From Lytechinus pictus (taxonomy: Eukaryota): a stretch of DNA of 64,000 nt. The position numbers and the translations under genes are program-made. Of this stretch, positions 14,018 through 27,249 are shown one piece after another (positions within the stretch are counted from its first letter, which is position 1; every line of letters starts with the position of its first letter). A model generated the notes under the pieces. It worked only from the letters and a program-made list of their open reading frames with translations. It was not told the origin of the DNA and did no database searches. The stretch is taken from assembly GCF_037042905.1 (NCBI RefSeq), contig NC_087251.1:45448001-45512000 (forward strand). The letters are read 5' to 3'.

Positions 14018-14333
14018 AGGGATGGTCCGGGCTGAAAATATTTGTATCTTTATAATACATAGAGTAGAATTCACTGAGCAAAATGCCGAAAATTTCATCA
14101 AAATCGGATAACAAATAATAAAGTTATTGAAGTTTAAAGTTTAGCAATATTTTCTGAAAACAGTCGTCATGAATATTCATTAGGTGGGCTGATGATGTCA
14201 CATCTCCACTTTCCGTTTTCTTATGTTAAATTACATAAAATCATAATTTTTTTCATTATTTCATACTTGTGTGAATAATATCTCTCTTATAATGAAATAA
14301 GTTGCAGCAATATATGTCTAATGCACCATCCCT
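14018..14333. mobile_element. Kolobok-like MITE
   Basis: TTAA|AGGGATGGT...ACCATCCCT|TTAA: TTAA TSD with AG...CT termini. Confidence 0.75.
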
Positions 14334-14368
14334 TTAAGTTCAGATTGACAAAATGAACAAAAAACATA

Positions 14369-17300
14369 GAATATGAATAACAAACATTGATTGCAGGCCA
14401 CTTGCGCATTTCCAAATCAAATGCTCTGTTTTAAAAGTAATTAACAGTAACCACAGAATACTGAACAATAAAAGATAATCACAAATTCAAAATCTACATG
14501 TACATGTAGCCATTTAGGCCTCTTATTGCGGTATGTTATTGGAACATTGACTTCATCCATTTAAAAAAAAAAGATTACTAGAAAAATCTACATGAAACAT
14601 ACCAGCAAATTAAGACCTCTGACAAAGTACAGGAAGTCCACAGCTAATCTACATATATGACTCTACAAAAATGAATGAAATGTACGTGATAATGAAGAAG
14701 GCCTCGTTGCAAGCACACAGCCATTTCTGGGCCAAATAATAAAATGAATAATTGTGAGTCTACTCTCCAGTAGGTTTGAACAAACCTACTAAAGCAATGA
14801 TCTTCAAGAGAATCAATAAAACCTGTTTGCCCTGCAAACAAAATGCCTCTTTTCTCGTCATTCTTTCTCTCCTTGGCCCGCTATGAATGAAATACACACA
14901 ACGCTGCTCTAACTGCGATGAGAATCGGTGACAAGACTGCACAGGGAATGATCAATTTGTTTATCATTTATTTCATGGTTGTTATTGACACGACTAATCA
15001 AGTTTGGAATGAAATGGTCTATAATGGCGCATGTAGGCTTCCTGTATGCATCATAAAATAGCTCTTTAAAAAATAACTGTCCGGGCTCAATTTAAGATGA
15101 CTTTGCAATGGGTTCTTTGTTCAATATAATCGTAAGTACTGTATAGCAGCCAGTAGTCTTCTTACAGTTGCTTTCATTAGGTAATCTCCTTTTCTATCCC
15201 ATAGAATAGTTTCCAACAATACAGCATGCACTCTTTGTTCCCTTATTATACCAGTATCAAAATGGTGTCTAAGGGGAGACAAAGACATAATTGGTCAGAC
15301 TTTCTAAAGATCGCAAGATCGTTTTCATGCCATGTTGGTGATCATTTCCAATGGTTTTGTGGTTCCTGAGGCTTATCTAGGTTTGAGGTTAAGAACAATT
15401 ATGACACCTGGATTGCGTTGTGTACATATTGGCCCCTGGGTTGAGACATAATGCATAGGCATACTCCTTCAATGTCAATACTGCATTACTTCATACAAGA
15501 TAGAATTGATCTACTCATCAATTATGCATACAGCATAGAAGCCTATTCATATACTCTATGACCAATAAATAATGGCCAAGAATGCCATCATTCATACTAT
15601 TTGAAAAAGAACACACTTGATTCTTCTTCAATTAGCCTACCATGTACTTGTATTAAAGTGCATTTAATATCCTTTAAAAAATGACAGAAACTGGAACTGT
15701 AGCTAATAATAATCACAGCACACACTAGTATTCGTTAAAGTTAAAGGCAATGTAAAGTATCTAGTATTCCATGGTTTATTGGATACATGCACATGTAAAG
15801 TGCATGTACATGTATCATGTAGGACCATGTGTGCATGGGGCACTACTGTAAGGAAAAAAAATCTTAATAAAGTTAGGAACTTTCCTATCATACATAAAGA
15901 AAGAAACATCTAAATGACCCCATTTCTCCCCTCTTACATGTACATAACAAAAAAAAATTTGTTTGCCGACCGACAGCATACAGCGTAGATCTAAAGCATC
16001 GCACTGCCACACTTCCAGACGAACTAACAACAATTCTCACACACAGTTTGTATAATTTTTGAATCTCAATGTCGCTTTCCAAATTTATATGGCAACATGA
16101 ATCATGATTGAAAACGTGATTACAAAATGCACATAATGAGGAAAAAAAGGGTGTGTTCAATGCCCTCCGTTCTTGGTCGTAAAAATAAATGTCTTTCAAA
16201 ACACGATTCGCAGGAAAATCTTAAACGTCAAAAAAGATGCATTTGTAAATGCAATCAACACAGATTTTACAACCTTCAGCGTCACAATGTGACAATGAAC
16301 ACAACAATTGAGTTTTGAAAACGTCTTAAATTTGCTCTCGCAGTGGAAGCTTACACAAGCAGGTGCCAGAATTAACCTTTCTCGTGATGGGTCAAACTGC
16401 GCACTGCAATGGGTCAAGCCGCGGTAACGAAGCAGGATACTTAAAGACAATTGACAAATAGTCAGCTTTATATAAATCAACGATGAACAGTGCACCACTG
16501 ATTGTGTTTGTGTTCCGTGTTTTGTACATGTAATTGAGTTTTCAATCGTGATTCATGTTGCTGTTTAAATTTGAAAATCAACATGGAACACACAGAAATT
16601 CATCCCCAAATTCCACTTCAATTTTTTGCCTACTTTAATTTGTGTGGTCAGTTGAATTACATTGATTGTGGGATTGATATGCTTTTGAATAACTTCATTT
16701 TTTACAAACATGTACCTGTTACTAGAGATGACAGAATTGATTTTAAAAAAGTCTGAAATTCATCTAGCATGGGCCATTTTGTACACTGAAGTATGTTTTC
16801 TAATTAAGGGTAAAAAGAAGTTAAAAGTCTGAATTCAGACTTCAAGTCTAAATTAAGTCTGAAAAGTGGCATCCATGGACAATTACAGATTCAGACATTT
16901 CTTTCAAATATGTAATTAAAAGAGAAACATACCGGTAAATGATAAAATTGTATATTACAGAGGGGGCAGGGAGTGAACGGAAGGCATCAAGGATTGGGTG
17001 GGGGCAAAGGAATTGTTCCCTTGCCACTAACTGCAAATATGAATATGAATAACAAACATCAACAGCAGACCACTTGCACGTTTCCAAATCAAATGCTCTG
17101 TTTTAAAAGTAATTAACAGTAACCACAGAATACTGAACTATAAAAGATAATCACAAATTCAAAATTTACATGTACAAGTAGGCCTCTTATTGTGATATAT
17201 TATTGGAACATTGACTTGATCCATTAAAAAAAAAAAGATTACTAGAAAAATCTACATGAAACATACCAGCAAATTAAGACCTCTGACAAAGTACAGAAAG

Positions 17301-17775
17301 TCCACAGCTAATGTACATATATGACTCTACAAAAATGAATAAAAGGTACGTGATAATGAAGAAGGCCTCGTTGCAAGCACACAGCCATTTCTGGGCCAAA
17401 TAATAAACTGAATAATTGCTTTTGAATAACTTCATTTTTTACAAACATGTACCTGTTACTAGAGATGACAGAATTGATTTTAAAAAAGTCTGAAATTCAT
17501 CTAGCATGGGCCATTTTGTACACTGAAGTATGTTTTCTAAACAAGGGTAAAAAGAAGTTAAAAGTCTGAATTCAGACTTCAAGTCTAAATTAAGTCTGAA
17601 AAGTGGCATCCATGGACAATTACAGATTCAGACATTTCTTTTAAATATGTAATTAAAAGAGAAACATACCGGTAAATGATAAAATTGTATATTACAGAGG
17701 GGGCAGGGAGTGAACGGAAGGCATCAAGGATTGGGTGGGGGCAAAGGAATTGTTCCCTTGCCACTAACTGCAAAT
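14369..17775. repeat. Local duplication: 14369-14754 matches 17041-17418, and 16680-17038 matches 17417-17775
   Basis: Near-identical direct copies readable base by base. Confidence 0.92.
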
Positions 17776-18180
17776 TTGTAGATTAGATGGATGGATGGAC
17801 GGACGGACGGATGGATGATAAAAATCATACATATAGGAAGCCAAGCTGAATTGTGATGCATTAAATAAACATCAATCAATACATATTTGTATGGCCATGC
17901 AAGACATTGACATTCTTTGGTCAGTAATTTCTTTTTTTTTTTTAATAAATAAATTTTTTTTATTAACTTGCTTGTTGGGTAAAATGCAAATGTGGACCAA
18001 GGAAGGAAGATTGGACAAAGGATCCCATAAAATAAAAAAAGATAAAGAGCTCATGAATAAGAATCATTCCATGCTATCATAGATGTAGTACGTTGCATTC
18101 AATTTTTGTTTTCATACATTGCATAACTAAAAAACTTTCATTGAAATAATTCACCGTTAATATGCTAAATAATTCTTACA

Positions 18181-18375
18181 CTTCAACCAACCTTAATGAT
18201 TATTTTGGGCGAGCTTTATCCACTCGGACTGTGAACTTTCTCAAGCGCAAAGTTTGCTGCCTGTGGTGGTCTGTAGTACTACCTCCAGCAAACTTTGTGA
18301 CTGATCGATTGGCTTGAGAGAGTCTGCAGGAGTGGATGAAAGCTCGCCCCAAATAATCATTAAGGTTGGTTGAAG
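18181..18375. mobile_element. Small MITE with about 45-bp TIRs
   Basis: cttcaaccaaccttaatgattattttgggcgagcttt...aaagctcgccccaaataatcattaaggttggttgaag, flanked by CA on both sides. Confidence 0.65.
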
Positions 18376-19457
18376 CATGGACCAACTCCATGTTTGAAGC
18401 TTTAAAATTATTTAATTTATCATCCCCAACTGATGAAAGTTTTCTGTACAATAATATGCATTTATATAGCACCAAAAAATATTTCTAAACATTTTATTGC
18501 ACTGCAAGTGCTTCCAAGATGCTACAATGAATACATACCACTGGAATAAGTAAGTTTTCTTATTTTAGTTTGAAGTTATATAAGTTGTTGAATTCCTATT
18601 AAAGGGGAAGTTTGTTCCATAGTTGTGGGGCTGATATTAGAAATGACCTAGTGTAGAATATAATTTTTTTTTAATAGCTCATTAATGATCAAACCCATTA
18701 AATCGTCTAATAAATTCATTGATTATATTTTAATAATTGAATCTGTCTATAATTATTTTTCAATTGTGCTGTATAACTGGGTGAAGATCTTTCACAAAAC
18801 TAAGCCTTACACAAAACATTGATATGCACAACTCAGTGACATGCAAATGAGTCAGTCGATGATGTCCATCACTCACTATTTCTTTTGTTTTTTACTGTTT
18901 GAATAATACAATATTTCATTTTTTACAGATTTGACAATAAGGACTAACTTGACTGAAACATATAGTATTAAACAATGCTTATTCCACATGTTCAGGGAGG
19001 AAATTGTTGTTTCACTAGACAATGAGAAGAAAATTAGAATATTTCATACAATACAATACAAAATAATAGTGAGTCGATGACGCCATCAGTCTCCTCATTT
19101 GCATACCACGAGGATGTGCATATACCGGTAACTGTTTTGTGAAATCAAGCAAAATTTTAAAATGTCATATTTAACTCTCTATTTTATTGAGAGTATACCG
19201 AGGAGATCATTTGGGTGTGGAAACGACCCACAATGAACAACAACAACATTTTACATCCAATTTTGATAAAATTTTCAGTGTTATGCTTGTTGGATTTTTC
19301 TCTTTTCATTCAGATCAACTTTTTGTTAGAGTGGACATGTCCTTTTATGAAGTATTTTCGTCTTTTTATACACTTGCAAATTGGACCGTAAACACATTCC
19401 TAGCGATTAGCGAAATCACCATTTTCATTATTTTAGTGTTTTTGACACCATTATTAA

Positions 19458-20067
19458 AGGTCAAGTCTACCTCAAAAAAATGTTGATTTGAATCAATAGA
19501 GAAAAATCAGACAAGCACAATGCTGAAAAGTTCATCAAAATCGGATGCAAAATAAGAAAGTTATGACATTTCAAAGCTTCCCTTATTTTTAACAAAATAG
19601 TTATATGAATGAGCCAGTTACATCCAAATGAGAGAGTCAATGATGTCACTCACTCACTATTTCTTTTGTTTTTTATTGTTTGAATTATACAATATTTCAA
19701 TTTTTATGAATTTGATGATTAGGACCTCCTTGCCTAAACTAAAGCACAAAGTGTTAAAATAATGGAATTCCACGTGTTCAGGGAGGAATGAAACTTCATT
19801 TCACATGACAATGACGAGAAAATCAAAATATTTCATATTTCATATAATAAAATACAAAAGAAATAGTGAGTGAGTGATGTCATCAGTTCCCTCATTTGCA
19901 TACCGACCGAGATGTGCATATTTAACTGTTTTGTGAAATGAAGCGAAACTTTAAAATGTCATAACTTTCTTATTTTCCATCCGATTTTGATGAAATTTTC
20001 AGTGTTATGCTTGTTGAATTTTTCTCTTTTTATTCCAATCAACTTTTTGTTGGGGTGGACTTGTCCT
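19458..20067. mobile_element. Kolobok-like MITE with long (about 125 bp) imperfect TIRs
   Basis: TTAA|AGGTCAAGTCTACC...GGTGGACTTGTCCT|TTAA. Decayed sibling at about 18830-19345. Confidence 0.85.
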
Positions 20068-20528
20068 TTAAGAATTAAGTTACATATGAAACATGCCCTA
20101 TCTTGAAAATGAAATCCTTTTTATATGTTTTTGGTCATGCGTGGTATCCACTCGTCAATGGAAGTGCCCCCCCCCCCCCCCCCCCCCCCCGGCAGGGCTC
20201 CAGTCGAGTCCAGGCCACACAACTCATAGGTCAAGTCACACAGGCTCAGCCCATCACTCACTCAGTCAGACAGACTCTGGTAACACTAAACAGATGATTT
20301 CGCTCATGTGCTACTCTAATCAAGGAATTGTGACAACACTTGTGTAACGTTACATAGAAATTGCACACACACCCAGCACTGTGACTGTGTGAGCGAGTGT
20401 GACATAATTATCATGACCATTTTGAAGACACACGAACTATTAACGTGAATTACGACTGTACGATGTGAACTCCGGTACGAGTTACCGTACGGAGGTCATA
20501 CAAAAAATATAACGTTACACCTATTCAC

Positions 20529-20612
20529 CTTTTCTGTCGGGCTACTACCAGATCCTCCTGGACTACACTTCTGCACTTTATTAGAACCTTTTGGAGATGA
20601 TTTACTCGCCAT
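20529..20612 (-). CDS. Probable first coding exon of the left-hand gene (MASKSSPKGSNKVQKCSPGGSGSSPTEK)
   Basis: ATG at 20612, 28 open codons, donor AAG|gtgaat in phase 0 matching the phase-0 acceptor at 2639. Same Ser/Pro/Lys composition as the large exon. Confidence 0.65.
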
Positions 20613-22360
20613 AATATCTTCCTTAGATGGTCTGGAAATTAATCAGAATAACGAGACTTTCCCGGCTGATCGATTTCTTCGCCAAGAAATGTGTAGCAAT
20701 TAATCTACAGCGTTAAAACTGTAGGGGGCGTACTTCCCCTTATTGCAAAATTACTAAAGACGAGAAGAGATCTAATAAATTTCTGTGGTAGAATCACAGA
20801 GGTAGATAAATTATCCAACTCTATGGTGTAGATTATACCACGATTACATAGACAATTACATAGAGATCTCATAAAAATACCTCCATTTACTATTACTAGG
20901 AGTACATTAACCAATTCACCTTTCTTTTTCTGTTCACATAAAATACTCTTTCTATTATTATAACAAGTCTCTATGAAACAGGACACTGAATTACAAAAAC
21001 TATATTCAATTGTCAGTGCATATTGTATAATTTATTAATTTTTTTTTTCATATACAAATATGATCATATTCCTTATGATTTTACTTTTGATATATATTTT
21101 TTTTAGATCTGAATAAAGCCAAAAATGTCCACAAAATGGTAGTTTGATCATCATAGCCCTAAAGCAGAAATTATACTTTTTCCACTTGATAGGAATGCAA
21201 CACGTCACTTCTATGGGAATCAGTCATTACAAATTGGACACCCGTGTTTGTACATGCACTTTCGACGAGGAACCTAAGGAACAAATATCAAGAAGCCTAC
21301 ACAAGATTATTTTGTCCCCATTCCAACCATCCAAAATCATAATTATCTCAATCAAAATATTATTTTTTTTTTAATGACAAAGTAAACAACTCTTTGAACT
21401 CACCATGCAAAACCATATATAAGTTGCATGGATTCAAAATAATAAATCTGATAGCTAGACTGCAGTAGTTAGGGAGCAGTCGATATTCTGGATTTAGTTT
21501 GAATCCTAAAAATTAATCCAAAATCATAAATAAATAAATTCGATCAAAATATTATATTTTCATGATAAAAGTGAACTAGCTACCCTTTGAACTCACCATG
21601 CAAACTATACACACTCTAAGTTTCAGGGATTCAAAATAATAAATCTGATAGACTGCAGTATAGTTAGGGACCAGTCGATATTCTGGATTTATATAGTTTG
21701 AATCCTGAAAATTAATCTTAAATCTCGAGGGATTTAAATTCAAATCCAAAGGCGCCTTATAGGCCGATTTGAGCTTGGTGCACATCATGGGGGGGGGGGG
21801 TGGAACTAAAGTGGTATGGGGTGCACATCTTGGTGATATAGGTGGAACTGGGTTTGGAAAATCAGCTGTTGAAAGCAGAAGAAGGGGTATAAATTTTGTT
21901 TTGCTTGCCATTGTCGGAACACTTCTGCCTCAGTGGAAGGTGCACCCCCTGCCTACGCCCTTGAAATCCTTTGAGATTAAAAAATAAATCTGTGAAGGTG
22001 TATCAGACAAACTATAGAGCTCGACCAAGTAGCGTTTCACCATTTTGTGCCAGGGATGTACATGTACATGTACATTCTTTTAACATACCACATTTTGCCC
22101 AAGATATGACAGTTCAAAGTAAAATTATTTTATTTGAAGATCGGCATGCTCGGAAATTCTGCTTTCCTGCAAGCCATGTGGTTGAAGTCAAGTCCTCATC
22201 CGCCCCTCCATTTTTATTTTTATTTTAAAAAACCGTCTACAAAACCTATTTTTTGCATGGTTACCCCCCCCCCCCCTCCCCCACTTTCAAAACCGTTCTG
22301 CAGCCCCTGGGCATTTTCGTTCCAGGTAAAACAAACGATTTTTTATAACAAATACATAAT

Positions 22361-24086
22361 AGAATTAGTACTTTCCTTCTTAAGCAGACCATACACAATA
22401 TTGCCTCTCCTTTGTGTCATATTTTTAATCTGTCGATTAGCACCGGAATATGTCCTGATTCCCTAAAAATTGCAAAGGTAAATTCTGTTTTTAAAAAGAC
22501 AATCCGCATGAAATAACAAATTACAGGCCTATTTCTATTCTTCCCAGCATTTCCAAAATATTAGAGAAGATTATTTACAATAGACTTTATAAGTTTCTAG
22601 ATACTTTTCATTTTCTAAATTCTAACCAATATGGATTCAGGAAAGGACATTCGACTGATCAGGCGTTAATACAAATATACGATAAAATTACAAATGCAAT
22701 GGCAAAAAAAGAACATATAATAGGCGTATTCATGGACTTAAGCAAAGCCTTTGACACTCTTGACCACCAGATATTACTTAAAAAACTTGAAAAATTTGGA
22801 ATTCGCGGAATTACACTATCTTGGTTTAAGAGTTATTTGTCCAATAGAAAACAATATGTAATTCACAATATTCCTTCTGATTTTTAGTTAATACAATGCG
22901 GAGTTCCACAAGGATCAATCCTAGGCCCCTTGCTTTTTTTAATATATGATTTGACTTCTGTAACACCTTTATTATCAAATGTATTATTTGCAGATGACAC
23001 CAACATTTTTTGTTCACATAATAGCTTAGAAACTTTAGTAGATATCATTAACCGTGAATTACCAAAACTATCTTTGTGGTTTAAGTGTAATAAGCTTTCA
23101 CTCAATATAGATAAAACAAACTTTATATATTTCAAGCATACACACTCACATGATAACGAATTTCCTTACAATATAAACATAGACAATACTCCTCTCAAAA
23201 GGAAAACAGAAACAAAGTTTTTAGGTGTCACAATAGATGAAAATTTAAATTGGAATGAACATGTACGTTGTATAACTATTAGTATTTCTAGAAACGTTGG
23301 TATACTTTACAAAATGAAAAACATAATTCCACATACAACTCTTGTCATACTCTACAATTCATTAATATTGCCTTATATATCATAATATTGCAACATAGTT
23401 TGGGCAACATGTGCAAAAACTAAAATTAATACAATATACTTATTACGGACAATTCGAATCTGTACTGATTCCCAATATTTATCACACACAAATCCATTAT
23501 TCCATAAACTAAAGACTCTAACAGTATTTGACATAAATACTCTTCAAAGTTTACTACTTATGTTTAAGTACGTAAATAACATGCTCCCACCTTCATTCCA
23601 CAATTTTTATACTCTGAATACATCTAGTCATTCTTACCCTACCCGTAACTCTTCAAATTTCCATTTAATCAACCCTAAATTGCTTATTGCGCAGATATCC
23701 ATAAGACACCATGGTCCAGATTTGTGGAACTCTCTACCAGAGCCTGTAAAACAATCTTCGTCTCTTCACTCATTTAAGGCAAACGTTAAATCTATGTTAT
23801 TATCAGAATATTTGAAGTAAAATTTCTGTGTCGTATCCTTTTTATCGTGAATTTATTCCTCCTTCGATTTAGTCATTACCAATATCTTCATCATGACCAC
23901 ACTCTAAAAAACGAAGTGCTAATTCAGCTCTTAAAGAGCGTGTATAGTGACTGCACTTCGGAGTGCTGATTTTTTAGTTCAAATTTGAACGAGAAAATCA
24001 GCACTCCGAAGTGCAGTCACTATACACGCTCCTTAAGAGCTAAATTAGCACTCCAGTTTTTAGAGTGCAGCATCATCTCCATGGCC

Positions 24087-24120
<34 letters not shown>

Positions 24121-24487
24121 ACATCATCATATCACCGTCACCCTCAGCTTTATCATCTTCATACTATAATATTGCATGAATTCATGTTTCGTATTTGAAA
24201 ATGTATGCCCATTCTGCTTTATAAATGTATTAATTAATTCAATTAGTATAAGTTTGGGATTGTCATTTTTTTCAAGCAATCTGCTTATGATGACAATCCT
24301 TCTCCTGCAAATTGTGAATATCATTATAGTTAATCATTTTTGTCTGAAATTATCTTTTTAATACTCTTTATTTATGATTCATGCCAAAAATGCTAGCATA
24401 TTATGTTTATTATGTTATGAAAAATGTATAATACGAATGTTATGGATGCAGAAGAAAACAATAAATCAAATCAAATCAAATAATAAT
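22361..24487 (+). mobile_element. 5'-truncated, frameshifted non-LTR retrotransposon (CR1/L2-group LINE, Crack/Daphne-like) RT fragment with 3' UTR
   Basis: RT motifs NYRPISILPSISKILEK, QYGFRKGHST, FMDLSKAFDTLDH, CGVPQGSILGP, LFADDT, KFLGV across several frames. Ends in aataaa(tcaaa)n tail at about 24460-24485. Confidence 0.92.
23900..24067. mobile_element. Palindromic CACT-ended (CMC/EnSpm-like) MITE inserted in the LINE 3' UTR
   Basis: CA|CACTCTAAAAA...TTTTTAGAGTG|CA. Nearly the whole 168 bp folds back on itself; 2-bp TSD. Confidence 0.8.
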
Positions 24488-24826
24488 GCAGAAGAGTTGG
24501 ATGTTTTGTATTTTGACAGGGGCGGAGCGCTATGGAGTTAGGGGGTGACGACATGTCTCCAGTAGTTTTTCAAGTAGTAAAAAAAAATGAAGAGAAGAAA
24601 ATAATTTCAATTCAATTTCCAAAACTATATCCATTCAGGAAGTTTTGTTCCTATGTTTAAAAATCATAAATATAGGTCTACGTTATGAAATGGCAGTTAG
24701 AAGAATCGTGCAGATTTCTTTTATTTTTATATGAATTTTTATATATATATTTGGATTCAGTCCTTATGTATGAAGGCCCAGAGAGGTAGAAGGTTGAAAA
24801 TCAATGTATTACTTCTCTCTTCCCCT

Positions 24827-24872
<46 letters not shown>

Positions 24873-25477
24873 CTTCCATTATTTTCAGTTTAGATGTTGA
24901 AATAATTCACTGTCCTGTACTAGTTGCAGATATAGGCCTAAGCTTTTCCTGACATAGCAACAACTTGAAATTATTTTTCTAGTAAAAGGGACTAAAACCA
25001 TAAAAATGATAAATATGAAAGAATCATAAAACAATTTGCTTACCTATATTAATGACTCTTAAATATATAGTGTAAGAACCTCCTGAAAGGAAGCATAGAT
25101 GTGGGTGAAATCAAATATGTTGATTTATAAAGAATGAACAAAAGTGCATTTAGTCCCTTTTTGCATGTAAACTTTTCATAAATAACTAAAACCAAAACAT
25201 AAATTTGAGAGTGATGCGCGAGCAGATATTTTTAATATACTGACCTGAAAGCAAGGAAATAAAGTGAAATATACTATTTTCTGTTTGAGCAGGATGAGCA
25301 TAATTATCATTTAATTAACAATTTCGTGAAACACTCTCTAACTATAACAAGTTCAAGGTATTATACGTATTATAACTTATTATTCCCCCACCTAATTCGC
25401 TATTTTGTATGGGGGTGCAGGGCCGTTTCGGTACGGCCCCTTCCTTTCCAAAACAATCGAAGTCAAATGATGCCCTT

Positions 25478-25775
25478 TTCTTGTCTCTCTTTCGTTTATT
25501 TTGCTCATTTTCTCTCTCTCTCTTCTCATTCCTTTCCTGTCAATTATTCCTTTCCCTTCTCTTTCTCTCTCTTTTCTCTTTCCCTTTTCATTATTTTCTT
25601 TCTCATTCTCTCTTCTTTCCCGCCTTTTTGTTTTCTCCCTTTCCTTCTTTAAGCTTCTCCTTTTCTCTCTTTTCTTCCTCTCTCAATTTCCCCCTTTATC
25701 TCTTTCCCCTCATTTTCTGTCCCGAATCCCTTTCCCTTTTTTCTCTTTCTTTCTCTCCCCATTCTTCTTCATTTC
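25478..25775. repeat. Polypyrimidine (CT-rich) low-complexity tract
   Basis: About 300 bp almost entirely C/T on the plus strand. Confidence 0.9.
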
Positions 25776-26542
25776 CGTCACGTACGCCAGTATCTAAAAA
25801 AACAAAAAACAAACATGCAACATTTTCATGTAAGATTCTTTGTACACGACACCAAATAAAATACTAAAGAACAAGAGATTGGACATACATGTAATATTAA
25901 TTCATGGTTTTAATATCTCTAATTACAGAACAAACTAGAAGATTCTTTCTTACCAAAAATTTGACAAATGGTGCGAATCTTACTCAAGTAAGAATCCCCA
26001 GATCAAGCAACCCAGATTGACGAGGCAAACCCTGACCCTCAAAAAATTATTGCTACCCAGTCTAGGTGTAGTCTTCTAAGTAGACCCAAACAAATAATTA
26101 TAGCGAAAGACAACCTATTTTTCAATGTATAGTGGTGTACATGTCACGCATAAAACACAATGCATGCCCCTGCAAAAACCAAAGTGATTTTTTTATGCTG
26201 GTTTCCAGTAAGACCTGCCAATAGTACTGTATACAAACAATACAATGAGATTTACTGGCTCATGTCGATGAGGGCGACATTAGAATCTCTTTTCCTCTCC
26301 CTCTGTTTTCATTGATGAAGCTTGATCACTATCAAGGTAACCTTATTCCTCTCAATCAAGACCCCATTTTTCGTCTCTCTACCCAGATCCCTTTCTTTTT
26401 TCATTACCTTGACACGCCTCCCCCTTCTCTCTTCATATCATTCTCTGGATCCATCGATCTCTTTGTAGTCGCCCTCTCCTCTTATCCGACATTTCTCTCT
26501 TTTTCTCATCACCCCACCCCACCCCATCTCTCCCTCTATTCT

Positions 26543-26712
26543 CGGTGACACGACATCTGCTCCTGCGACAATTGCTCCGGGCTTAATTTCGTCTAAGATG
26601 TAGGGTAAGGGTTGCGATATATAGGGTTTACCCAGGGTTGAAGTTGGTCATTCGATTAGTGTGTGGAATTTAGAGCGGAGCAATCGTTGCCTGAGCAAAT
26701 TTCACAGAACCC
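26543..26712. mobile_element. Short degenerate MITE
   Basis: IR tgctcctgcgacaattgctcc / ggagcaatcgttgcctgagca with a tagggt-like internal repeat. Confidence 0.5.
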
Positions 26713-26840
26713 TATTCTCTTCCCCCATCTTCTCCTTTCGTTTCAATTCATTGATTGCAATCTCTCTCAATACCTCCCTACACTATCCACCCATCTCTGT
26801 CTTGACCATGCCATAAGCTGTGGAATACATGAACTTTAAC

Positions 26841-27249
26841 ATGGTGCTACATAAGCACTTGCCCGGGGCAAGTAAAAGTTAGAGTCGGGCAAGTGTTTAG
26901 AAGTAAAGACCAAAACTACTTGCCCGAATAGGGCAAGCAAAATTCTCACAGTAGAATGACCAAAATTAGGGTTGATATATGATATTGACCCTAATTTTGG
27001 TCATGGCAGGCAAGATAAAATCACTTTGGAAAAAGAAATGCAATAACAAGGTAGATCAGTTCATGTCAAAAGAGAGAAAAAGGTCAATGGTTTAAATAAC
27101 CGCAAAACTTTCCTTTGAAGGGGTAAAACTTTTTTTTTCAAGGATTTTTTCGGGCAAGTGAAATAGATTTTGGGGCAAGTATTCCAAACTATTTGAAAAT
27201 TTACTTGCCCGACCAGGCAAGTGCTTCTAAAAAGTTATGTAGCACCCTG
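26841..27249. mobile_element. hAT-like MITE
   Basis: TIR ggtgctacataa / ttatgtagcaccctg, near-matching 8-bp TSD actttaac / actctaac, repeated acttgccc/gggcaagt subterminal motifs, internal hairpin at 26957-27004. Confidence 0.7.

Noticed and set aside
25326..25867. Phe/Ser/Leu-rich ORFs resembling membrane proteins
   Set aside because: Artefacts of a CT-rich low-complexity tract.
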